Source: the human T2T-CHM13v2.0 reference genome, Homo sapiens
DNA length: 64,000 nt
Reading direction: 5' to 3' (one strand)
Assembly (NCBI RefSeq): GCF_009914755.1
Contig: NC_060932.1
The translations under genes were made by a program, and so were the position numbers. Below are positions 1 through 12,158 of this stretch, piece after piece (positions within the stretch are counted from its first letter, which is position 1; each line of letters begins with the position of its first letter). The notes under the pieces were generated by a model that made no database searches, was not told where the DNA came from, and was given only the letters and a program-made list of their open reading frames with translations.

Positions 1-545
1 ATCTCCAGAAAGCATCATGAGTTCACTAAGAACACGTTATGCCTAACGAACTGCATGCCCTCTTTCTCCACGATTATTACACTGGCGAATTTGGAAAGTT
101 TCAACATAATGTATTAGGATTTCAGCAAAGCACTTAATATATTGTGATAACCTGGGGATAAGTTCGAGAGAAATGTGGATTTCCAGTTGGTTGCATGATA
201 ATACCAGAGTGTTGATCAATGGGTCAGTATCATCCTGAAGGGACATCTTGGTGGCATGCCATGGTACTCTGCCCTTGGCTCTGTCAGGTTTAACTTTTAA
301 AAATCATTCATTTGGATTAACATAGAAGACCTGCTTTTCAAATTTGCAGTGATACACAGGTAGGTAGGGTACTTAATGCATGATTGACAGACTTGTGTTA
401 TAACATGACCTCAAATAATATGAAACTTAAAATGCTGAATTTAGGTTTTAAAATAATCAGTGTAGCAAAATGGAACCAAGAGGACCACGCTATATAGAAA
501 TATTTGAGAAAAAAGACATGAGGGTTTTAGCCGACTACAAACCAA
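1..545 (+). mobile_element. Degenerate CR1/L3 LINE remnant (RT region)
   Basis: 'gatttcagcaaagca' (DFSKA-like RT motif, ~118-132) and 'ggtggcatgccatggtactctgcccttggctctgtc' resemble the L3 GVPQGSVLGP region; no intact ORF. Confidence 0.5.
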
Positions 546-685
546 ATATAAATCATTCACTCCCTCATTCATTCATTGGACAAATGTTTACTCCTATCCA
601 TGTTTCAGTCACTGGGAAAACACTGGGGATGTGACAAATGAATAAATATAGACCTCGATTTCAAGAAACGTGTAATCTAAAGGAA

Positions 686-1124
686 TATATTAATTTCGTA
701 GGGTTGCCATTCAAAGGTACCACAAACTGGGTAGCTTAAAATAACAAATAGTTTGTCTTACAGTTCTGGAAACTTGAAGTCCAAAATCAAGGTGGCAGCT
801 GGACTGTCTGTGCTCCTTCTGAAACCTGCAGGGGAGGGTCATTCCTTGCCTCTTCTAGCTTCTGGTTGTGGCCATCCATCTTTGGCGTTACTTGGCTCAC
901 AGCTGCGTCACTGTAATTTCTGCCTCTGTCATCACATGGCATTCTTCGTGTGTCTCACATGGCATTTTCTTCTTCTTATAAGGACACCAGTGTTACTGGA
1001 TTAGTGACTTAACTTGATAACGCCTGCAAAGACCCTGTTTCCCAGTAAGGTCACCAAATAAGGTACCAGGTTTTAGGACTTCAGCATATTTTTCTGGATG
1101 GAGGACACAATTCAATACATAACA
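686..1124 (-). mobile_element. MLT1-family MaLR LTR inserted in an L2 remnant
   Basis: Starts 'tattaatttcgtagggttgcc...aggtaccacaaactgggtagcttaaaataac', ends 'gaggacacaattcaatacataaca'; L2-like 'cattcattcattggacaaatgttt' immediately upstream. Confidence 0.7.
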
Positions 1125-1581
1125 AGGAGTAAAATCTGTCTTCATCTAAGTAGTTGACTAATTAGGATTTTTTTATGTGACATAAAAATAGAGTTCTGTG
1201 AGAACAGGGTGACCTAATTTAGCTCAAGGGAGTGTCAGGGGTGATTGGGAGCCATCCAGGCGAAGAGGGGAAGGAGTAACCTTCCAGGAAGAAGAAACAA
1301 CAGTGCAGAACGCCCTGGGGCACTCAGATGCTTAGTGTTCTGAGGAAGTTAAAGGAGCCCAGGGCAGCTCAAGTGGAGGAGGAGGAAGCAGAAGACAGCT
1401 GAGGAGACAGGGAGGAGCAGACCCAGCAGAGCTCCGTACACTGTCGAGGTGGTTTTTAAGAACAAAGCAAAAAGAATTAATAGAAGTAGACAAAATGGAG
1501 GACTATTATAAGCTAATTAGGCTTTATATTTGCCTCCCTACATCTGGAACCCTTTGTTTTCTTGAGAGGTTCATATTTTAA

Positions 1582-1940
<359 letters not shown>

Positions 1941-2744
1941 GGTCATTACACTTTGAATTAATATATTTATATGAGGGGAGAGAAATCTTGGGAAGGTAGC
2001 TATTTGGAATTACTTGAAGGAGAAGACTTTTCTTTATTTGTTCTTAGGGCAGAGTTAGACTAATGGGTAAGAGTTATAGGAGGAGAGCTCCATGAAATAA
2101 AAGCATTGAGAGCTGCATAAGGAGAAGACAGGATGTCCTTGAAACTCGGGGCTCTCGGGGCCCATACAACATGGCCGCCTGTCGGGGATGAAAGGAATTC
2201 TGAAGGGAAGATGAGAGGGGACCAGTTTCCTCTAGGGTCCCCACAAAAAGCATCCACTAGAGTTTCAAATGTGATGTTAAGATTTCTAAAATGTATTTAC
2301 ATGTACTTTATAATAAAAAAGCATTATAAAGGCTTTAACATTAAATGTTACTGGGGGATTGTTAAATAATTGAAATTCATTTAAAAACCTTTGCAGACTT
2401 ATTTAGACACTTCTGCTGCACTCTGTTCAGTAGCACTGGTTTTCCTTACAGTCTGCTGCAATCACAGTAATTGTCCTTAACCACACGTCTTGTGTACGTA
2501 CAACCATCTCTTCCCTTTTCTTAATGTTCTCTCTGCTGCCCTTAGTTGACTTGTTCTATCAAGCTCATTTCTAGGGCTCAATTGCCAGTCATTTATGGCC
2601 AGCGAAATACTATTTAGAAGTGATGGTATATATATAGCAGTTTTCCCTTCATTGGGGATGGGGGAGCAAGAGGACACATTGTATAAGCAAGTGTCAATCC
2701 TACCCAAGTGCCATGGGGCTCAGTCTCTACGGAGGGACATTTTC

Positions 2745-3073
2745 TTTGTTTTTGGTTTTGTTTTTTTGTTTTTTTTTTTTTTGAGAGATAGAGTCTTGCT
2801 CTGTCACCCAGGCTGGAGTGCAGTGATGTGATCTTGGCCCACTGCAACCTCTATCTACCTCCTGGGTTCAAGAGATTCTCCTGCCTCAGCCTCTCGATTA
2901 GCTGGGATTATATGTGTCCACCACCATGCCCAGCTAATTTTTGTATTTTTAGTAACGATGGGGTTTTACACCATGTTAGCTAGGCTGGTCTCGAACTCCT
3001 GGCCTCAAGTAATCCGCCCACCTTGGCCTACCAACATGCTGGGATTACAGGTGTGAGTCACCACGCCTGGCCC
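2745..3073 (-). mobile_element. Alu
   Basis: Reverse Alu consensus; flanked by the direct repeat gagggacattttc. Confidence 0.92.
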
Positions 3074-3137
3074 AGAGGGACATTTTCAAAGAAGCTGCCA
3101 AAAGTCCCTTGAAAAGGAATTTCAACCTTCCCTTGTG

Positions 3138-3220
3138 TTAGGCTGGTGGGTGCAGAAGTAATTGCTGTTTTGCCATTAAAAGCAGTAGCAAAAACTACGA
3201 TTACTTTTGCACCAACCTAA
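3138..3220. mobile_element. MADE1 (Hsmar1-derived MITE)
   Basis: ttaggctggtgggtgcagaagtaattgctgttttgcc ... gcaaaaactacgattacttttgcaccaacctaa: ~80 bp with mariner terminal inverted repeats. Confidence 0.85.
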
Positions 3221-3808
3221 TACGTCTTGAAGGAGACCCCATTTGCATTCAACACCAGCACTTCTCCACACCCTCTTATCTCTCTTGCCGGCTTCTCTTG
3301 GCAGGTGAATGAGCGGGAGGTTCTCATTTTTCAGGCTGCTAGCTTTTCCCTGCCTCCTACCCCGTGCTATATAAATAAGCCTGGTTTCTTAGCTTTAATT
3401 TTCTACGTTCCCCCCTGCCCCCCATCCCCGGTCCGCCGCTGCTTCTTTGAGTCAGAAGGAAAGCTCAGGAGCTGACAGAGAGGATAAGAAAGAACCTTCT
3501 TGCTGTGTCCCTGCAGTAGCTCGGATGGCCTGGGAGCCGGGACAGAGGGAGAGGGCAAGGGGGCAAGGTGGGGGCAGCTGGATACATGCAGTTCAGTCAA
3601 AACCTTTTCACCTTTATGTGAGCCAGAAGACTTATGTGCTAAGGGTAGTAGGAGGACAAACTGGGCTACAGTACTCGTTGGAGAATAGCAACATGCAGGG
3701 CTAGAAAGCCAGGCTGGGGCCAGGTCACAGAGGGATGGTTTGGAAACCCAGGCAAGTTGCTGAAGTTAGTTGGCAGAGGGCAGATTAGGTACAAGTGTGA
3801 GTAAATAG

Positions 3809-4106
3809 ATTTTTTTTTTTTTTTTGAGACAGGGTCTCTCTCTGACACCCAGCCTAGCATGCGGTGGTGCAATCTCGACTCACTGCAACTTCTGCCTCCT
3901 AGGTTCAAGCGTTTCTCCTGCCTCAGCCTCTTGAATAGCTGGGACTACAGGGACGTGCCACCATGCCTGGCTAATTTTTGTACTTTTAGTAGAGACGGGT
4001 TTCGCCATGTTGGTCAGGCTGGTCTCAAACTCCTGACCTCAAGTGATCCTCCTGCCTTGGCCCCCCAAAGTGCTGGTAGTACAGGTGTGAGCTACTGCAT
4101 CCAGCC
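3809..4106 (-). mobile_element. Alu
   Basis: Reverse Alu consensus; near-TSD gtaaatagatt/gtaagtagatt. Confidence 0.9.
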
Positions 4107-5164
4107 AGTAAGTAGATTCAAAGCCTTAAAACTGAAATCTCATTCTTTATATAATAATTTAAATTTAATAAGCATTAATTGTTATTTTAAAGTATGCTGA
4201 TATTTCTAAATATTTCTAAGCGTATTTAAAATGAAGGAAGGCTAATTCATTTACAAATCTCCATACGGTGTGGTTTCAAATAATTGCTTCCTCTTCTGTC
4301 ATTGAAAGTCAGGGCTGGGAGATAACAGGGCTGGTTTCCTGGAAATGGTGTAATTCAGAGCCTAAGATAGGATATCTCTCTCTCTGTCTGCATCTTAGTG
4401 CTGAAAGACCTGAAGGTCAGATGAAACTCCTCTTTATAAAGAAGCAGCAAGAGCGGGGAGGAAGGGAGTTTCTCTCTCTTCTTACAGTCTTCTTATTTGA
4501 AAATACTGCAGCTGTACAATGGCCGTATATTGTATGTAATACAAGGCCACTATAAAGGTTTTAGAGGACAGAAAAATAAGTTATAGTTTAGGTTTCGTTT
4601 TGGGGTAACAAAAGATTAAAAAATGAGTGTTGTTAAAAAGAAATTTGAGAAACTCCATGAGTAGTATGATATATGTGTATATGGATATATTTTTTAAATT
4701 TTTGCTTAGATTGCAGGGTGTCTAATGCCTTTTATTTTTATGAATTATATTCTTTGTAAAACCTACTTTTCACACTTTATTTAAATATTTTAAAATTCCT
4801 ATTGATCAATGATTCCAAAATAGTTTTTATATTTATGAGATGGTTTGAATTTTAAATTTTATAGTAACTTAAGCTATTATTATTCAGAATTAAAAATCAA
4901 AATGCATGTTTTTAGGAATTTCTGATTAAGACTTTATAGACTAATATGATTATTTTAAGGGTTTTTTTTTCTACTTATCAGGGAAATAACTATAGTTGCC
5001 GTTAAATTTTTGTGCAAAAATTCAAGATCTTTTTCCAAGGAAGGAATTGTTTCAAGTAAAGTAACAAAGAGGAAAATTTGGACTTCTAATTGATTTTAGA
5101 AGTGACTGATTAAATAAATTGTCAAAATTTCAAAATGAGTCTTAAAGATTATGGATATTTCTTA

Positions 5165-5490
<326 letters not shown>

Positions 5491-6209
5491 ACCCAGCAAT
5501 TCTAGGGAGGAATAATGGCTGAAGAATCAGATTATCAGATTAGTCATGGCTTTCCCCAGGAAAGCTTCCCTGCTGCCTCCTGACCCCAATCCCAGTGTGA
5601 GCATGGAGTCCCCTCCTGTGTGTGCCAGTAGTACCCTGGACTTCCCTTACCCACAGACATCAAGCTTTATGGTAATGGCCAGTTTACTTGTCCTTTTGTA
5701 CCTGTATCCCCTTGCCTCCTGGAATTTTGTTTGGAAATTGCCTTTAGATTATTTTTTTGCTTTTTTTGAAATGTCTTAAGTCTTGATCTTTTCGAGAAAC
5801 TGACAGTTTGTTGAACAGCTAATAAGTTGAATTCAGTCTATGCAGTTAATATAAAAATTAAAACAAAGTCTGGAGAAAACTTAATTGGAGAAATTGTTCA
5901 CATTTATGGCATATTAATAAGTAGAATAGAAATGTGACAAGCACATCAATAGGAATTTTAAAGTATTTAAATAAAGTGTGAAAAGTAGGTTTTACAAAGA
6001 ATATAATTCATAAAAATAAAAAGCATTAGACGCCCTGCAATCTAAGCAAAAATTTTAAAAATATATCCGTATACACATATATCGTACTACTCATGGAGTT
6101 TCTCAAATTTCTTTTTAACAACACTCATTTTTTAATCTTTTGTTACCCCAAAACAAAACTTAAACTATAACTTACTTTTCTGTCCTCTAAAACCTTTATA
6201 GTGGCCTTG

Positions 6210-6252
6210 TTTTAAGGACCTTCAGTTTTAAGGACCTTCAATTTTAAGGACC
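6210..6252. repeat. 16-bp tandem repeat, ~2.7 copies (ttttaaggaccttcar)
   Basis: Units at 6210-6225, 6226-6241 and partial 6242-6252. Confidence 0.9.
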
Positions 6253-7006
6253 ACGTTATTTCCAGTTGTTTTAATTTTGTAAATGGTTCTTGGTTTGCAT
6301 GTTCTAGATAGAAATTTTAGAGGCTCTGAATCATGAAGAACCAGCACCCTTTTAATTGCTTTCTCTGAGCACACAATGGGAGTATTTTATTCAGATTTAT
6401 TTGAAGCCAGTATGAACTCGCAAACTTCTCTGAGCCAATAGCAGCATTTCAACAATCTATCAAGAAGCTAACGATAAAAATCTATGCTCATACATTGTTG
6501 CTGTGTTTTAAGAAGAACCAAATCAGAACGTGTTTTTCAGAATTCAAAATATAGTTTCAAAAGTGACCATTTTGTTTCAATAAATGACTTTTCAGCAAAA
6601 CCATAAATCTCAACTCAGTTTCCCTCTAAATTTCTTGAACTTGAACTGAAAATGAATGTGAATTCTGGTTAAATTCCACTTCTGCCACAGTTGAAGGAAA
6701 GAATTTTGCCTAGCATTGAGACAAAAGTGATTGAATTCTAACAATTAATTAAATTAGGTAGCTTTTACGGGGTGGGTGCAGGGTGGTGATTTGAAAGGGA
6801 TACACTTTGGCTCTCTTTGGAAAGAGAATAATTACAGGAAACCAGAGTGTTCTAAAGTATTTCTCAGCTCTTCGCTTTTAGACAAAAAGCTTTCTTATAC
6901 TCCACTACCCTCCTGGTCCATGCACATACTTCTGGCATCTTTAATCTGAAAGTCAGTTACTAATCCAGAGAAAAGTGAAGGTCACTTCCCAAGCACAGGC
7001 TATTTA

Positions 7007-7409
7007 GTTAAAGTTCCAGAATACATGTCCAGGACGTGCAGGTTTGTTACATAGGTAAACTCGTGCCATGGTGGTTTGCTGCACCTGTCAACCCATCACC
7101 TAGGTATTAAGCCCCACATGCATTAGCTGTTTATCCTGATGCTCTCCCTCCCCTCAGCCCACCCCCTGACAGGCCCCAGTGTGTGTTGTTCCCCTCCCTA
7201 TGTCCATGTGTTCTCATTGCTCAGCTCCCACTTATAAGTGAAAAGATGTGGTCTTTGGTTTTCTGTTCCTGCATTATTTTGCTGAGGATAATGGCTTCCA
7301 GCTTCATCCATGTCCCTGCAAAGGACATGATCTTGTTCCTTTTGATGGCTGCATAGTATTCCATAGTGTGTATATACTACATTTTCTTTATCCTGTCTAT
7401 TATTGATGG
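7007..7409 (-). mobile_element. 5'-truncated L1 (L1PA/PB-type 3' UTR)
   Basis: 'atacatgtccaggacgtgcaggtttgttacataggtaaac...' is the reverse L1 3' end; 14-bp TSD gcacaggctattta at 6993-7006 and 7410-7423. Confidence 0.9.
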
Positions 7410-8249
7410 GCACAGGCTATTTAAAAAGGGCAGCAGGAACATGGTTTCATCCAGGTCTTTGGGATTTCCTTGGCATCCTTGAGTTAGCTCTAATTTATGT
7501 GGACAGTGGATTCAAAGTGGAATTAAGGTAATATTGAGTGGTTTGATTTTTAAACAACAGTTGTGGTCATCTTTTTAAACAGTTTCTCTGAGAAGTGATT
7601 ACCCTTTTGTAAGGATGAGCAGTTCGGACCCCTGTCATCACAGCGGATAACCACCCTGAAATCCAACAGCATTTAGAGGAGGGTTACTGAACTGTGGCAA
7701 GATTTGATGGGCATTGCCAAGACTCAGAGATCGAATCTTCAGTAAGCTAGAAAACCCACTCATTTAAAATACTCTGTTCCATGAAAATATCATGCCAAAT
7801 ATTACTCTGTTTGGAATTCTGACAATTCAAGGAGCTCAGTGTGGAAATTTTAGCTGTATTCTTGAGGCATGTATTTAACATCTCTATGTGTTTGCTTTTT
7901 CAGTTTTAGAACAGGAGTGCAAGTTTCAAATGGAAAAAAAAAAAAAAAAAACAAGACAAAACAGTACCCTCCTTGCACAAAGTTACACTGAAGTCAATCT
8001 GACATAATTTGTTGATTCTCTGTTATTTTTATCTGTAAACTATATGGCATGTAAAGTTAATGTTTTAACTTTGGAGTGAAATAGGAGCTCAATAGTCTAC
8101 AAATCCGTGTGTCCCTTCCCACTCATCCTCTTCCTTGACTCTCAAGGTGGAGAAGCTAAGCTCTGTTGTCCACCTGTATCTCTTTACCCCACCGCCCTTC
8201 CCCTAGAGCAGCTAAGAGTCCCTTGTGCCTAGATAATTTGAGTAGCCTG

Positions 8250-8826
8250 TTTACCTTTTTCCTTATCTCCAGTCTTGATCTTTCTCATCCCTTATTTATG
8301 ATACAGTCAGAATGATGTTTCTCAAATTCTATGTCTGGCTTAAAGTTCTCAGTGATTTCCTATTGCCACCAGGGTCAAGTTCAAGCTCCTTGCATGGCCT
8401 AGGGACCCTTCTGCTTAGCTCTGCTTACCTCTGGCTTCCCCATCCCTAAGCTCTATGTGGATTGAACTACCCTCTACTTGTTTACTCTTGCTGTGTACAC
8501 CCTCTGCTTAGAACACTTGTGTCCCCACCGCCCCCTCCCGCCCTCCTTCTCACTGAGCTTTCAGATGGCTAAATTTAACTCATCCAAACATAGCTGTCTC
8601 CAGGAAGACCTCTCTAACTACCTGTATCCCCGTCACAGTCAGAGTTAGGAGCCCTTGCAGTGCCCTGCTTCCCCTATGCACAAGTATAGCTGTCTCATAT
8701 TGCAATGGCCATCATCTGTGTGTCTGTGCAACTGCAGGTGGCACGAGGGAAGAATTGGGGCAGCCTATTTATGGTTGTTTCAGGGCCTGATAGGGTGCCT
8801 CAAGTATTTGGGGGAACGAATAAAGT
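8250..8826 (+). mobile_element. L2 LINE 3' remnant
   Basis: Degenerate L2 motifs (cagggtcaagttcaagctccttgcatggcc; gtgcctcaagtatttg...gaataaa). Confidence 0.55.
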
Positions 8827-8851
8827 AGTGGAAGTATTTATAAGAAATTTA

Positions 8852-9223
<372 letters not shown>

Positions 9224-9518
9224 TCAGGAAGCTTAAAAAACCTTCTCCAGTATGGTAAAATATTCCCGGTGCTTCCCTCGATATCCTTTCCTCCATTACA
9301 TGAATTATCGCTCTGCCGCTAGCTTACTTCCATAATTCCTTGGCACAAAAAAAAAAAAAAGTTTTAAATGTTTTTAGTAAGTACTGTAGAGCCCTTGGTA
9401 TTCCTGGGGCCCTGACTAGCTCTTACATGCTCCTCATTCCAACAGTGGGCATTGGGAGAAATGATGTTACCGATAATCCAGATTGGTTGTATGTATGTCT
9501 AAAAAGAAAAGATATTCT

Positions 9519-9809
<291 letters not shown>

Positions 9810-10170
9810 TTATGTCAAGCTATTTTTTTCAAGGAGAGAGTATATACGTCTGTGGGTAAAGGGCAGAACTAATGCAGGCTAAACACTTTAAGTACGGTAT
9901 TGGAAAGTGAACAAATTAGAGTTATTCTATCACGGAAACCTCCTTTTGGAAAGAAGAGGAATTCCCAGGAAATGTAGCAGAAATGGCTGAAGGTAGCAGA
10001 TTGGAAGAGTTGACAGTGGGAGTAGAGTGGGGTGAAGCAGGCCCGCTCAGTACCATCTTGACCTTCGCCATTAGCTTCTGGTTTCAAGGAACAGAGACCA
10101 CTCTAAATAGCTGAAGTGCACAGGAGGTGTGTCCAAACCATGTCGGGGAATCTTGCACACCCAGCGTTAG

Positions 10171-10588
<418 letters not shown>

Positions 10589-12060
10589 ACCCTGTGTGGC
10601 TTCTACTGCCAGCCTGTGGGTTTCTGCACCTTGTCAAGCTGGTCCCCAGTGTGTGTGACTTCAGCCTGCACTAGACCATTTGACCGACCTAATCATTTTG
10701 TTCGTAAGAGCTTCAAGAACATCTAATTGAGCATTCCCAGCCTTTGACTGTTTAACCCTGAGTCAGATGTCTCTCTGGTCCAGTGATCCTTGGCTTCGGG
10801 GTATGAAGACAGTGCTGTGGGGAGGGCAGGAGGCAGTGGCGGGATCCCAGGTAAGGTAAAAAATTCTGGAAGGGGCCATTCCTCATGTTTGCAAAGGCAC
10901 ATATAAGGTGACAGGTCCTAGCAGCTTGGGGAGAGGGAACAGGTTGTACCCACTGGCAGTCAGAGTGACATACTAGCCAAAGATTGCTGGAGACCTACGG
11001 GCATGGGCATCTGCCTGGTGCCCAAGCCTGACACCCAGCTCTGGTTGGGAACGCAGTGTGCTGACTGGGCAGGGACTCCGGTTACCAAGGTGCTGAGGGC
11101 TTTGCTTTCTTCATTTCAAGTTTTGCTTCTTCTGTTCCCCAAGCCTAAACACAAAAGTTGGATGCTTCATTTAATTTTTTTTTCTGCATCTCTTTGAGCT
11201 AACTAGGTATGCCTTATTCCCACTGTGATGTTGCCTTCACTAAAGTGAAATGGAGTCACATGTTTGGAAGCAGCAGCTGTCTTTACAGACTTCCCAGAAT
11301 TCTCTATCAGCCCTTTATTTGTTGAATGTCTTTGGGAAAAATGCTTGCCTATGTCTGGATTCTATATCAGAAAATTTGAAATACTATGTTTTTAGTCTAA
11401 CTTCCTGGCAGTACTGATTTGGTATAAAATGGGAGAAAATATCAATGGTTTTATTACAGTGCTTGTAACTTTGTAGTGGCCTCAGTTGTGTTTTTTGTTT
11501 TTACCTATGTCTACACTTGCACGAACTTCTCTGGAGAAAACTCTGGAGGAAGAAATTATTCAGAAGACTTGATTTGGAGAAAAGATAAGTTTTGGACCCA
11601 GTAAAAGTGAAGTGAATATGGAAGAGTGTTCTGTGTTTTTCCAGAAAGATTCAGGCTTAAGTACTGAATGCAAAGGTTTGTGGTTTCTGTTTTTGCTAAT
11701 CAAGGCTGAACAGTTACCACATGTGATAGTCTTTTATCCTACATTATACTTTTGATGAATTTGTAAAGAAATTAATCTCTCAAAACTTAGCAAAAAGAAT
11801 AAAAGTCAATAAATCCATGGTATCATGGCTATATCTTTTTCCTCTTTACTAAATTATTTAACCCACGTTATAATTTGAAAATTTATCTTGGAACTTTAAC
11901 ATTGTAGAAACGTTGGGTTTGGACATTGCAAAATAAAAAAGATCTAGGGCAAAAACAGTATGGTAAAGATCCCTACTTATCTATACGATTTAATTACTTT
12001 TTTTTCCATCAGTCCCAAAACAGAAAGAGCAGATGTCTCACCACGAAACTAGCAACTGGA

Positions 12061-12158
12061 ATGAAGATAGAAACAAGTGGTTATAACTCAGACAAACTAA
12101 TTTGTCGAGGGTTTATTGGAACACCTGCCCCACCGGTTTGCGACAGCAAGTTTCTCCT
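12061..12158 (+). CDS. SLC7A2: SLC7A2 alternative first coding exon (N-terminal extension MKIETSGYNSDKLICRGFIGTPAPPVCDSKFL)
   Basis: ATG at 12061; donor CT|GTAAGA at 12158/9; 98 nt splices in frame to acceptor 16554, giving ...[15 protein letters not shown] (40 extra aa); matches the long isoform as I recall it. Confidence 0.85.
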
